Assembly: GCA_023388075.1 (NCBI GenBank)
Contig: JAEWGX010000016.1
Location: forward strand, 19,987 to 83,986
From: Pseudomonadota bacterium
Lineage (GTDB): Bacteria; Pseudomonadota; Gammaproteobacteria; Burkholderiales; Burkholderiaceae_E
DNA length: 64,000 nt
Reading direction: 5' to 3'
Numbering within the stretch: position 1 is the stretch's first letter; every line of letters starts with the position of its first letter. The translations under genes were made by a program, and so were the position numbers. Under the pieces are notes generated by a model that was given only the letters and a program-made list of their open reading frames with translations, did not search any database and was not told the DNA's origin. This document shows positions 28,937 through 38,545 of this stretch, piece after piece.

Positions 28937-30397
28937 ATGCTGCCCGGGCTGATCCTCACCGCGCTCGGGGCAGGTGAATCGTGTGGCAGCGAAGGGGCTG
29001 GCCATGTCGTCGTCGTCCTCGCCTGCTCGGGTGGCCTGGATTCCCAGGTCCTGCTGCATGCCGCCACCGCCGCCTTGCCACCAGCCAGGCTGGTGGTGGC
29101 CCACGTCCACCACGGCCTGCAGCCCGAAGCCGATGCCTGGCTCGAGTTCTGTCGGCGCTCGGCCGCGGCGGCCGGGACCGCCTTCATGGCGCGGCGCCTG
29201 CCGCCGCTGCCGGCGCGGCCGCCGGGCGGCATCGAGGCCTGGGCGCGAGCGGGCCGCTATCGCGCGCTGGCCGGGATGGCGCAGGCTGCCGGCGCCGCGG
29301 TGGTGATGACGGCCCATCATGCCGGCGACCAGCTGGAGACCCATCATCTGCAGCGCCTTCGTGGCGCCGGGGTCCACGGCCTGGCGGCGATGCGGCAGCG
29401 CGGACCGCTGCCTGGCGGCCCGCACCCGGACGCGGCGGTGCTCCTCTTGCGCCCGTTCCTGGCAGTGCCCCGGTCCCTGCTCGTCGATTACGCCAGGGCG
29501 CATCGGCTCGAATGGGTGGAGGATCCGAGCAACCAGGATCCGCGCTTTGCCCGCAACCGCGTCCGTCGCCAGCTGGCCGAGTCCATCGGCGGCGATCCGG
29601 AGCGGTTCGAGCGCGAGCTTGCCCGGATCGGAGCGCTGCAGGCCCTGGCCGATGCCGCGCGGCGGCAGGCACAGCAGGACCTCGAGGCCTGCCGGCTGCA
29701 CCTGGCGGCACGTGATCGGCACGCCGGTGTCGCGGCGACCGGCGATGCCCCGGCCGCGCCCGGCACGTTGTCGCGCGCCGCGCTCGCGCGCCTGCCGGCG
29801 GAGCGCGCGGCCGAGGCGCTGCGACTGTGGCTCGCGATGCTCGGGTGCCGGATGCCGTCGCGAGCGCGACTTGCCGAGATCCGCCGCCAACTGGTCGACG
29901 CCGGCTCGTCCCAGGCAAGGCTGCGCCACGACGGCCGCTGGCTGCTCCGTTACCGCGACCGGATCGACGCGGCGGAGGAGTTGCCGGCCGGGATCCGTCC
30001 CGTCTGGTTCCGCTGGGCCGGCGAAAGCCTGCTCGACGTGGCGGGCGAGCGCTTCCTGTTCCGTCCCGCCGCCGAAGGCGAGGCCGGCCTGCCGGCGACC
30101 CGGCTGTCGGGCGCGCCGCTGCTGCTCGACCAGGGCCGAGGCGGCGACCGGATACGCCGCGCCGCGGGCTCCCACCGCCGCACGTGGAAGAACCTTTGCC
30201 AGGAAGGGGGCATCGCGCCCTGGGCGCGACCCGCGCTGCCGGTCCTCCGGCAGGACGAGTCGGTGGTGTATGCGGCACCGTTCGGAACCGCGGCCGCCAT
30301 CGGGTCGGTGCCTGCCGCACTCCCGGGCCCTGGAGCGGACGACGAACGGATCGCGATCGAATGGCTGCCCGACCCGGCCATGGCGAAATGGCTATGA
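28937..30397 (+). CDS. tilS: tRNA(Ile)-lysidine synthetase
   Basis: PP-loop SGGLDS, HVHHGL, TAHHAGDQLET, EDPSN, RNRVR. Confidence 0.93.
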   Translation: MLPGLILTALGAGESCGSEGAGHVVVVLACSGGLDSQVLLHAATAALPPARLVVAHVHHGLQPEADAWLEFCRRSAAAAGTAFMARRLPPLPARPPGGIEAWARAGRYRALAGMAQAAGAAVVMTAHHAGDQLETHHLQRLRGAGVHGLAAMRQRGPLPGGPHPDAAVLLLRPFLAVPRSLLVDYARAHRLEWVEDPSNQDPRFARNRVRRQLAESIGGDPERFERELARIGALQALADAARRQAQQDLEACRLHLAARDRHAGVAATGDAPAAPGTLSRAALARLPAERAAEALRLWLAMLGCRMPSRARLAEIRRQLVDAGSSQARLRHDGRWLLRYRDRIDAAEELPAGIRPVWFRWAGESLLDVAGERFLFRPAAEGEAGLPATRLSGAPLLLDQGRGGDRIRRAAGSHRRTWKNLCQEGGIAPWARPALPVLRQDESVVYAAPFGTAAAIGSVPAALPGPGADDERIAIEWLPDPAMAKWL

Positions 30398-30464
30398 ACC
30401 GGCAACAACGCCGGCGGATCCCCGGCGATGCCGCTCGCTATAATCGTTCGCTTTTCTCCCGATC

Positions 30465-31730
30465 ATGGCACTGATAGTCCAAAAGTACGGCGGCACCTCG
30501 ATGGGTTCCGTCGACCGGATCCGCAACGTGGCCCGCCGCGTCGCCAAGTGGCACGACGCGGGCCACCAGATGGTCATCGTGCCGTCCGCGATGTCGGGAG
30601 AGACCAATCGACTGATCGCGCTTGCCCGGGAGATCCAGCCCAACCCGGATCCGCGCGAGCTCGACATGATCGCCGCCACCGGAGAGCAGGTCTCGGTCGG
30701 GCTCCTCGCCATGGCACTGAAGGCGATCGGCAAGGACGCCGTGAGCTATGCCGGCTGGCAGGTCGCGGTTCGGACGGATTCGTCCCACACCAAGGCGCGC
30801 ATCGAGTCGATCGACGACGAGCGGGTGCGTGGCGATCTCGCCCGGGGGAGGGTGGTCATCATCACCGGTTTCCAGGGTGTCGACGCCAAGGGCAACGTCA
30901 CCACCCTCGGGCGCGGCGGCTCGGACACCTCCGCGGTCGCGATCTGCGCGGCGCTCGAGGGTGACGAGTGCCTGATCTACACAGACGTGGACGGCGTCTA
31001 CACCACCGATCCGCGGATCGTGCCCGAGGCGCGGCGGCTCGAGCGGGTGACTTTCGAGGAGATGCTGGAGATGGCGAGCCTCGGCAGCAAGGTGCTGCAG
31101 ACGCGCTCGGTCGAGTTCGCCGGCAAGTACCGCGTGAAGACCCGCGTCCTGTCCAGCCTCACTCCGCCGGAGCTGCCGGTGGAGCAGGAGCGCGTGGCAG
31201 GCACCCTGATCACGTTCGAGGAAGAGTTCGGGAAGGAAGCCATGGAAAAGGCCGTCGTATCCGGTATCGCGTTCCAGCGCGACGAAGCCAAGATCACGCT
31301 CACGAACGTCCCCGACAAGCCGGGAGTCGCCTTCCGCATCCTCGGCCCGATCGCGGCGGCGAACATCGACGTGGACATGATCGTGCAGAACCAGAGCGTG
31401 AACGGCACGACGGATTTCTCGTTCACCGTCGCCCGCGCCGAGTTCCAGCGCGCGATGGACGTCATCAACGCCGGCCTCGCCGAGAGCATCGGCGGCGGCA
31501 AGGTCATCGGCGACCCACGCATCGCCAAAGTCTCGATCGTCGGGATCGGCATGAAGAGCCAGGCGGGCATCGCAAGCCGCATGTTCGAGGTCCTCGCCCA
31601 CGAGGGAATCAACATCCAGATGATCTCCACCAGCGAGATCAAGACGTCGGTCGTGATCGAGGACAAGTACCTCGAGCTCGCGGTGCGGGCGCTGCACAAG
31701 GCCTTCGGGCTCGACGCCAATTCGGCGTGA
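30465..31730 (+). CDS. lysC: Aspartate kinase
   Basis: VQKYGGTS, TLGRGGSDTS, YTDVDG, two ACT domains. Confidence 0.97.
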   Translation: MALIVQKYGGTSMGSVDRIRNVARRVAKWHDAGHQMVIVPSAMSGETNRLIALAREIQPNPDPRELDMIAATGEQVSVGLLAMALKAIGKDAVSYAGWQVAVRTDSSHTKARIESIDDERVRGDLARGRVVIITGFQGVDAKGNVTTLGRGGSDTSAVAICAALEGDECLIYTDVDGVYTTDPRIVPEARRLERVTFEEMLEMASLGSKVLQTRSVEFAGKYRVKTRVLSSLTPPELPVEQERVAGTLITFEEEFGKEAMEKAVVSGIAFQRDEAKITLTNVPDKPGVAFRILGPIAAANIDVDMIVQNQSVNGTTDFSFTVARAEFQRAMDVINAGLAESIGGGKVIGDPRIAKVSIVGIGMKSQAGIASRMFEVLAHEGINIQMISTSEIKTSVVIEDKYLELAVRALHKAFGLDANSA

Positions 31731-31739
31731 CGCGGGACG

Positions 31740-32732
31740 ATGGCCAAGAGCATCGAGCAGATCAAGCGCGAGCACGCGCTGTTGCTCGAGAGCGTGGAGG
31801 TCACCAGCAACCCGTTCGCCGTCTACGATAGCCAGGACCGCCTGATCGCCTGGAACCAGGCGTACGAGGCCGTTCATGCGCTGGCGTTCAACGAGCTGCG
31901 CCACCGGGCGAACGACCGGCGCCTGCACTATGCCGACCTGGTCCGCGTCATCGCGCAGAAGACCATGGAGCCCGACAAGGTGGAGGAGCATGTCCGCCAG
32001 CGCGTCGAGCACCACCGTCGCGGCGACGGCATCGGCATCGACCTGCTCTATCCCGGCATGGGCTGGTTCCGCGTCACCAAGTTCCGTACGCGCAGCGGGA
32101 GCATCGCGACGTTCGCTGTCGACATCAACGAGAACAAGCGGCGCGAGGCCGAGCTCGAGCAGGAGATCAAGCGGCGCATGGCGCTCGAGGAGCAGTTGCG
32201 CCAGCAGGCGAACACCGATCCGCTCACCGGGCTGGCCAATCGTGCGGCGCTGCTGGAGCGGGGCAATTCCGAGTTCGTGCGCGCGCGCCGCTTCGGTGAT
32301 GACCTGGCGGTGATGATGATGGATGCGGATCACTTCAAGCAGGTCAACGACGTCCATGGCCACGGCGCCGGCGACGAGGTGCTGCGTCGCCTGGCCCGCA
32401 CGGCCGCCGGCACGGTGCGCAACGTGGACCTGGTTGGCCGGCTGGGCGGCGAGGAGTTCGCGATCATCCTGGTGCGCACGCGCGCGCGCGAGGCCGTGGC
32501 CTGCGCCGAGCGGATCCGGGCATGCATCGCCGCGCTGGAGTTCGAGAGCCCCAGCGGCGTCTTCCACATCACCGCGAGCTTCGGCGTCACGCAGGCAATG
32601 GGTGACGATCCATCCTTCGCCGCGGTGCTGAACCGGGCGGACAAGGCGCTCTACCAGGCAAAGCACGACGGCCGCAACCAGGTCGCCTGCCTGGACCCGC
32701 GACGCGACGCGCAGGCCGGCGTGATCGCCTGA
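31740..32732 (+). CDS. Diguanylate cyclase (PAS-like + coiled coil + GGDEF)
   Basis: DPLTGLANR, DHFKQVND, RNVD I-site, GGEEF, ADKALYQAK. Confidence 0.92.
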   Translation: MAKSIEQIKREHALLLESVEVTSNPFAVYDSQDRLIAWNQAYEAVHALAFNELRHRANDRRLHYADLVRVIAQKTMEPDKVEEHVRQRVEHHRRGDGIGIDLLYPGMGWFRVTKFRTRSGSIATFAVDINENKRREAELEQEIKRRMALEEQLRQQANTDPLTGLANRAALLERGNSEFVRARRFGDDLAVMMMDADHFKQVNDVHGHGAGDEVLRRLARTAAGTVRNVDLVGRLGGEEFAIILVRTRAREAVACAERIRACIAALEFESPSGVFHITASFGVTQAMGDDPSFAAVLNRADKALYQAKHDGRNQVACLDPRRDAQAGVIA

Positions 32733-32798
32733 GCGAAGCTCGCGGGCGCGGCCCCCGCCGGACAGCTACGGGGGAGGCCCGCCGCTCCAACGCCCCGG

Positions 32799-33791
32799 CT
32801 AGCGCCCGATCTGGCTGCCGTCGATACCGCCTTCCGAGACGACGCGGCTCCATTCCTTGCTGTAGAGGTCGACCTCGGCGGTGAACTCGCCCAGGCCCTT
32901 CACCGCCGGATCCATGCCGAACTTGCGCATGCGCTCCCGGTACGACGGCTCCTCGGAAACCGCGAGAACGGCCTGGTAGATGCGCTCGGCCACGGCGGCC
33001 GGCGTGCCGCCCGGCGCGAACAGCCCCAGCCAGGGAATCGGAATCGTGGGAAGCTGCACCCCGCTTTCGCCGACCGTCGGAACGTCGGGAAGCTCTTCCA
33101 GGCGGCGATCGCTCACGACGGCAAGCGCCCGCAACTTGCCATCGGCAAGGAGATTGCGAACACTGGCCGGGGCGGTCACCATCACATCGATGCGTCCGGC
33201 CGTGAGATCGATCAGCCCCGGTCCGGTGCCCTGGTACGGAATGGCAGTCGACTTGATCCCCGCGCTCATCCGGAGCGTCTCCCAGATCAGGTGCATCTCG
33301 TTGCCGATGCCCGGGGCGCCGTAGTTGAGGTCCATGCCGGACCCCTTGGCGCGGGCGACCAGCGCCGCGAGGTCCTTGTCCGGGCCATCGCCCGGTCCGA
33401 GCACCAGGACCGGGGTGGACACGACGCGCGCGATCGGCAGCAGCTCCGTTCGCGCATCGTAGGGCGGGGCCGGCTTGAACAGCGGAGCGATCGTCACCGG
33501 GGTCTGGGCCGTCAGGAGCAGCACATGCCCATCGGCCGGCGCCTTGGCTACGCGCTGCGTGCCGATCGTGCCGCCGGCGCCCCCACGGTTCTCCACGACC
33601 ACCGGCTGACCCAGCCGGGCCGTCAGTCGCTCCGAGAGCATCCGGCCCACCAGGTCGACCGGCCCCCCCGTCGGATACGGAATCACCAGCGCGACCGGTC
33701 GGTTGGGAAATTCCTGTGCCTGCGCCCCCGCCGACAACGCCGACCCCAACAGCAGAAGCGCTGCTCCCCACACCCGCCAAACTGAATGCAT
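32799..33791 (-). CDS. Bug/TctC family substrate-binding protein
   Basis: Signal peptide, FPNRPVALVIPYPTGGPVD, ENRGGAGG, IPYQG, VPTVGESG. Confidence 0.92.
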   Translation of the reverse strand: MHSVWRVWGAALLLLGSALSAGAQAQEFPNRPVALVIPYPTGGPVDLVGRMLSERLTARLGQPVVVENRGGAGGTIGTQRVAKAPADGHVLLLTAQTPVTIAPLFKPAPPYDARTELLPIARVVSTPVLVLGPGDGPDKDLAALVARAKGSGMDLNYGAPGIGNEMHLIWETLRMSAGIKSTAIPYQGTGPGLIDLTAGRIDVMVTAPASVRNLLADGKLRALAVVSDRRLEELPDVPTVGESGVQLPTIPIPWLGLFAPGGTPAAVAERIYQAVLAVSEEPSYRERMRKFGMDPAVKGLGEFTAEVDLYSKEWSRVVSEGGIDGSQIGR

Positions 33792-33947
33792 GTCGTCTCC
33801 CTTGAAGGACGGACCGTCCCTTGTTCCTTGTTCTGTGCGCCCGGGATACTAGCCCGGAAACCGCGAGACGCCGAATCGGAGCGGCGCTCGAGTACGCCGG
33901 GACGACGACCGGCGTCGAGGCGTGCTGGGGCAGCATCCAGGGGATCT

Positions 33948-34038
33948 TGGCGGAGACGGTGGGATTCGAACCCACGATGCGCTTTTGGCACATACTCCCT
34001 TAGCAGGGGAGCACCTTCGGCCTCTCGGTCACGTCTCC
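33948..34038 (-). tRNA. tRNA-Ser(GCT)
   Basis: GGAGACG acceptor stem pairing with CGTCTCC, anticodon arm CTCCC-CT GCT AA-GGGAG, long variable arm, GGTTCGAATCC T-arm, encoded CCA. Confidence 0.97.
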
Positions 34039-34116
34039 GGTTCTGGATCAGGGGCTGGGCGTTGCTCCAAGTGGTTTCGTCGCAGCGCGCGCCCGGCCGA
34101 AAGCCGGTAGGCGGCG

Positions 34117-34122
34117 ATTGTA
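34117..34122 (-). promoter_or_regulatory. Probable -10 element of the tRNA-Ser promoter
   Basis: TACAAT followed by a GC-rich discriminator (CGCCGCC) about 80 nt upstream of the tRNA; -35 not clear. Confidence 0.5.
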
Positions 34123-34177
34123 CCTTCCTTTGAGTCGGCCTCCGACCGCAGCCAGGGCCCGGCGCCGAGGCGCGGCC

Positions 34178-34408
34178 TCAGAAGTAGTGACGCTGCGTGC
34201 CTGGGGGTCGTCCGGGGGCGAGATCGCTCCATTCATGCATCTTCTGGAGGTGGCGACGCAGCGCGCCCGAGCAACGGCCGAGATCGAGCAGCGTTTCCGT
34301 AAGGCCCTGGAGGTGCGCCAGGTGGGGCTCGTCGTCCAAGTGCCGGAGGGCGTCGCGTTGAAGTGACTCGGCCCGGCTCAGCAGGTCCTCGATATCGTAC
34401 TTGTGCAT
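34178..34408 (-). CDS. Small hypothetical protein (76 aa, helical-looking)
   Basis: MHKYDIEDLLSRAESLQRDALRHL...; purine-rich GGAAG before ATG 34408; host-like codons; no family recognised. Confidence 0.55.
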   Translation of the reverse strand: MHKYDIEDLLSRAESLQRDALRHLDDEPHLAHLQGLTETLLDLGRCSGALRRHLQKMHEWSDLAPGRPPGTQRHYF

Positions 34409-34750
34409 GTCTTCCAAATTCCAACGCGTACCAGCGTTCGGCTGGCGGAAGCCTATCCCCATCCGCAGTCGCAGATGGTTCCCTCGCGTCACCCGATGTT
34501 CGTAGTTGTTAACTGAAGCGAAGGTGATGGATGAGGAAGCGGTCTGAATCGCGGCATATGCGCTCGGCGGCTCTGTCGAGCGTCCCGCCTGACGCGGTAG
34601 GCCCCGGTGCGGGGGCTCTGGCGCCAATGGGCGACGGTGTCGGACCACGCTTGTGCTTGGCGATGCAATGGCGTATCAATGACGCTCGTCGGCATGGGGC
34701 CCGGATGGCATTCCAGCCGCGGCAGGCAGTGCGCAACACAGGAGCCGAAG

Positions 34751-35323
34751 ATGCCCCGGACTTCGAACCCGGCGCCGGTGGAGGTCTACAGCCGCACGGC
34801 GCGCATGCTTCATTGGATCACCGTGGCTCTCGTGGTGATTCAGGTGCCGATCGGCCTGCTGATGGTCTATCGTGGCAACTCTCTGAACCTCTGGGACAAC
34901 CTGACCAACGCGCTCTACAGCAGTCACAAGCTGCTCGGCATCGTCATCCTGCTGGTCGTCCTCTCGCGGCTGGCATATCGCCTGACACGCGGCGCACCCG
35001 CGCCGGAGCCGACCATCGAGGCGTGGCACCGGGTGGCGAGCGCGCTCAACCACTGGGGCCTGTACCTCTTGCTGCTGGCGGTGCCGATCGCGGGCTATGT
35101 CGGCATCTCCCTGTTCCCGGCGCTGGATGTGTTCGGGGTGCCGCTGCCGGGCGTCGCGGCCCCGGACAAGGAAGCGGCGCAGACGGCCTTCGCGGTGCAC
35201 GGGGTGCTGGTGCTGCTGCTGGTACTGCTGATTGCGATGCACGTCGGCGCGGCCCTCTACCACTACCTGATCCGCAAGGACGACGTGCTTGGGCGGATGA
35301 TCCCGCGCCTGCTGCGGCGCTGA
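34751..35323 (+). CDS. Cytochrome b561 family di-haem membrane protein
   Basis: YSRTARMLHW, SHKLLG, NHWGLY, MHVGAALYHYLIRKDDVLGRM; AGGAG SD before ATG 34751. Confidence 0.9.
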   Translation: MPRTSNPAPVEVYSRTARMLHWITVALVVIQVPIGLLMVYRGNSLNLWDNLTNALYSSHKLLGIVILLVVLSRLAYRLTRGAPAPEPTIEAWHRVASALNHWGLYLLLLAVPIAGYVGISLFPALDVFGVPLPGVAAPDKEAAQTAFAVHGVLVLLLVLLIAMHVGAALYHYLIRKDDVLGRMIPRLLRR

Positions 35324-35352
35324 GGCGTCTCGGCCTCGGACCACGCCCGCCC

Positions 35353-37998
35353 ATGGCCAGCACCGAGGCCCCTTCCGAGGTTGGCCACGCTTCCCGGGGT
35401 GCCCCCGATCATGCCGACCGTGACCGCATCGAACGCGCGCTGATCTCCGCCCGCCGGGAAGCCTGCGGGCTGCCTACGGCCGGGGCCGGCGAAGGCGGCG
35501 GCACGGTCGGCCTCGCGCTATCGGGCGGTGGCATCCGCAGCGCCACCTTCAGCCTCGGGGTGCTGCAGGCATTGGCCGCGGCCGGCATCCTTCGCCGCTT
35601 CGACTACATCTCCACGGTTTCGGGTGGCGGCTATACCGGCGGTTTTCTCGGAGCCTTGCTGCGCGCCCCGGCACGAGCCGCCCGCGCCTCGAGCGCCGAT
35701 GCGGTACGTCGCGGCTACGCCCTCGCCGAATCGGTCCTGGCGGGCGACGCGGGCAAGCCGGAGTTCGAGATCGACGACGACGTGGTTCCGGGCCGCCGGA
35801 CGATCTTCCATCCGATCCGCTGGCTCAGGGAAGCAGGCCGCTACCTCGCACCCACCCGCAGCAATGACTGGCTGTATGCGATCGGCTACTACCTGCGCAG
35901 CCTCGCGGCGGTCCACTATGTCGCCGCGGTCGCGCTGGTCGTGCTGTTCTGCGTGTGGATCGCATTCCTTCGCGTGATCGCTCCGCATGAGCTCGGGAAC
36001 CGCAGCCCCATGTGGGCTGCCGTCGCGGTGACCGCCTTCGCCACCGCCGCGGTCGCGCTCGCCTACTGGCCGACCACCTGGAAGCGGCATGGTCGCGACG
36101 CGAGATTCCAGTCGTGGGTGGGCAACGGACAGTTGGTGTTCTTCGCTGCAGCGGGTCTGGGCGGGGCGGCCCTCATGCCGGAACGGCCGATCGAGGTGGA
36201 CGGCTCGAGCCTGCGGCTTCTGCTGCTCGTCCTGGGGGTGCTCTGCGCCGTCGCCTTCGTGATCCTCGTGCTGGCGAGGTGGCATGCGCCGCAGGTGGAG
36301 AGGACCCGCCGCCGGCTCACGCGCTGGCTGACCACCTGCCTCTTCTGGACGCTGGTCCTGGCCCTCTTTGCCGGGGTCGACACGCTTGCCCGCACGGTCT
36401 ACCGGGACGAGGGCGGTTTCGCGCAGGAGCTCTACTCGTCGGCGCTTGCGTTGCTGCTCCTCGCCGGCGGCGCGCTGCGCGCGGTGCAGCCGGACCAGGG
36501 CAAGGGGATAGCGCTTGCCTTCGTCCGCTACGCTTCGACGATCGCCTTGCTGCTTGCCCTGGGCATCTGCATCGGCCTGGCGACCGCGTACGGCATGGTT
36601 GTCTATGCAGCCCATGACCCGAAGAGCTGGTCCGGGCTGCCGGCACCGCTCGGCGTGCCGCTGGCCGCCTGGTTGCTCACTGGCTTCGCGCTGGTCGCGA
36701 TCGTGGGGCTCTTCCTCACGCCGGCCTTCCTGAATCTCTCGACCTTCCACAATCTGTATGCGGCCCGGGTGACCCGCGCGTTCCTTGGTGCGGCCAACTT
36801 CGCGAGGCTCGGCGACCAGGAAGCGGGCATGCTGCGCCGTGCCGCCTGGGTCCAGCAGACGCATCCGGACGATCTCTGGACTCTGGAGGAGTACTACGGG
36901 CTGGATCCGGGCAACGGCGGCGTGCGGGACGCGGCGTCGGCCTGCTATCCGATCCATCTCGTCAACATGACGCTCAACGAGCAACGCGGCGGCACCTCCG
37001 ACATCACGCAGCGCGACCGCAAGGGCGTCTGCGTCACCCTCGGCCCCGCCGGCATGGCGGTGGAGCGGCAGTTCCACGCCTGGAGTCGCGCGGCTGCGGA
37101 CCCGGTTGCGCGGGGGCAGGGCGAGCGGGCGTCCCGTCGCGAAGGCGCGAGCCTGGTCGAGGCGGTCCGGGACCTCAAGCTCGGCAACTGGCTGGCCATA
37201 TCGGGCGCTGCTTTCTCCTCGGGCGTGGGCGCCCAGACTCGCCTGGGACTGGCGATGATCGCGACCCTGTTCAACGTGAGGATGGGCTACTGGTGGGAGC
37301 CGCCCGTCGTGCTGCGGGAGCAGGTGGCGCCATCCCTCCTGGAGCGGCTGAAGCGAAACTCCACCTTCGCCTGTCTCTTCGCCGAGCTCACCGGCGGGTT
37401 CTGGGGGCGATGGAGCGACCGCTGGTACCTCTCCGACGGAGCGCATTTCGAGAACACCGGGCTCTACGCGCTCATCGAGCGACGGGTCGGCTTCATCGTC
37501 GCCTGCGACAACGGCGCCGATCCCCGCTTCGAGTTCCGCGACTGGGGCAATCTGGTCCGCAAGGCCCGGATCGACCTGGGCGCGAGCATCACGGTCCTGG
37601 AGGCAGCCGAGCTGGATCGTCATCTGCCGGCATCGTTGCGCCCGCATTTCGGTGGCCTGGCCGACTTCGCGGCACCGGCGAATCGCCGGGCGCCGGAGCA
37701 GCGCTGCGCGATGCTCGCACGGGTGACCTTCGACAATGCGCCCGATGCGGCGCCGCTCACGTTGCTGCTGCTCAAACCGGCGCTGGTCGCCAATCTGCCG
37801 GGGGACCTGGTCGACTACGCGGTGCGCCGCGATCGCTTTCCGCACGAGTCCACGCGGGACCAGTTCTTCGATGAAGAGCAATGGGAAAGCTATCGCGCCC
37901 TGGGCCGCACGATCGGGGGCCTGGTCTTCGCGCCGCCGGAAGGAAGCGACGCGTGGGCGCCGCGCGGGCTGATGCCGCTGCCCCCCGCAGCAGAGTAG
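35353..37998 (+). CDS. Patatin/cPLA2-like phospholipase with a large multi-TM insertion (881 aa)
   Basis: GLALSGGGIRSA (oxyanion), YISTVSGGG (nucleophile Ser), LSDGAHFEN (Asp); roughly 8-10 hydrophobic segments between the Ser and Asp motifs; start re-picked at ATG 35353. Confidence 0.8.
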   Translation: MASTEAPSEVGHASRGAPDHADRDRIERALISARREACGLPTAGAGEGGGTVGLALSGGGIRSATFSLGVLQALAAAGILRRFDYISTVSGGGYTGGFLGALLRAPARAARASSADAVRRGYALAESVLAGDAGKPEFEIDDDVVPGRRTIFHPIRWLREAGRYLAPTRSNDWLYAIGYYLRSLAAVHYVAAVALVVLFCVWIAFLRVIAPHELGNRSPMWAAVAVTAFATAAVALAYWPTTWKRHGRDARFQSWVGNGQLVFFAAAGLGGAALMPERPIEVDGSSLRLLLLVLGVLCAVAFVILVLARWHAPQVERTRRRLTRWLTTCLFWTLVLALFAGVDTLARTVYRDEGGFAQELYSSALALLLLAGGALRAVQPDQGKGIALAFVRYASTIALLLALGICIGLATAYGMVVYAAHDPKSWSGLPAPLGVPLAAWLLTGFALVAIVGLFLTPAFLNLSTFHNLYAARVTRAFLGAANFARLGDQEAGMLRRAAWVQQTHPDDLWTLEEYYGLDPGNGGVRDAASACYPIHLVNMTLNEQRGGTSDITQRDRKGVCVTLGPAGMAVERQFHAWSRAAADPVARGQGERASRREGASLVEAVRDLKLGNWLAISGAAFSSGVGAQTRLGLAMIATLFNVRMGYWWEPPVVLREQVAPSLLERLKRNSTFACLFAELTGGFWGRWSDRWYLSDGAHFENTGLYALIERRVGFIVACDNGADPRFEFRDWGNLVRKARIDLGASITVLEAAELDRHLPASLRPHFGGLADFAAPANRRAPEQRCAMLARVTFDNAPDAAPLTLLLLKPALVANLPGDLVDYAVRRDRFPHESTRDQFFDEEQWESYRALGRTIGGLVFAPPEGSDAWAPRGLMPLPPAAE

Positions 37999-38058
37999 GT
38001 GCCGAGGTCGGGTCCGCCGGTTGCTTGGGACGGCGTGGATCGTTACTCGGAGGCATCC

Positions 38059-38238
38059 ATGAAGTCCTACGCCATCCTGCTGCTGATAGCGGGCACCTTC
38101 TCTCTCGGCGCGTGTTCTTCCACCGGGGTCGGCGCTGCCTTGGGCGGCGCGGCCGGCGCGGCGACGGTCGGTGGCTGGGAAGGAACGCTGGGCGGCGCCG
38201 CCGTCGGGGGCATCATCGGCAACCAGGTGGGGGAATAG
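38059..38238 (+). CDS. Small glycine-zipper lipoprotein (OsmB-like)
   Basis: GGAGG SD, lipobox LGAC, GAALGGAAGA...GGAAVGGIIGNQV. Confidence 0.85.
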   Translation: MKSYAILLLIAGTFSLGACSSTGVGAALGGAAGAATVGGWEGTLGGAAVGGIIGNQVGE

Positions 38239-38246
38239 CGGCCGCG

Positions 38247-38531
38247 CTAGCCCAACTGGATCTCGGCGCTCGGATCCGACGAGGCGGCGACCGCGCCGGC
38301 CGTGCCGGCGAACGAGAGCACGCCGAGGTAGTAGCCGACGGAGTAAGCCCAGGGGCCGAAGTGCTCGGAGACGATGGTCACGTCGATCACGGGACTCAGC
38401 ACCAGCTTCAGCAGGCTGAGGAAGCCATCCAGGTAGCCCGACCAGAAGCCGGGAGGGGCGTCGGCCGCGAACGCCGGAGCGGCGAAAAGGGCGAGTGCAA
38501 GGAATACGAGGGCTCTCGGAAGAACTTTCAT
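38247..38531 (-). CDS. Small exported/membrane hypothetical protein (94 aa)
   Basis: GGAG SD, signal peptide ending AFA-AD, PGFWSGYLDG...YSVGYYLG membrane-type segment. Confidence 0.75.
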   Translation of the reverse strand: MKVLPRALVFLALALFAAPAFAADAPPGFWSGYLDGFLSLLKLVLSPVIDVTIVSEHFGPWAYSVGYYLGVLSFAGTAGAVAASSDPSAEIQLG

Positions 38532-38545
38532 GGGCTTCTCCGCGG

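Noticed and set aside
26819..30175. 1118-aa minus-strand ORF
   Set aside because: Antisense shadow of cysS-alkA-accA-tilS
30394..30474. ATGA-started 26-codon ORF after tilS as another bridging mini-ORF
   Set aside because: It ends 10 nt inside lysC rather than at a clean overlap, and a TATAAT in the spacer suggests lysC has its own promoter
34531..37998. 1155-aa cytochrome b561-patatin fusion
   Set aside because: b561 is in a different frame with its own stop at 35323; the extension is off-frame sequence
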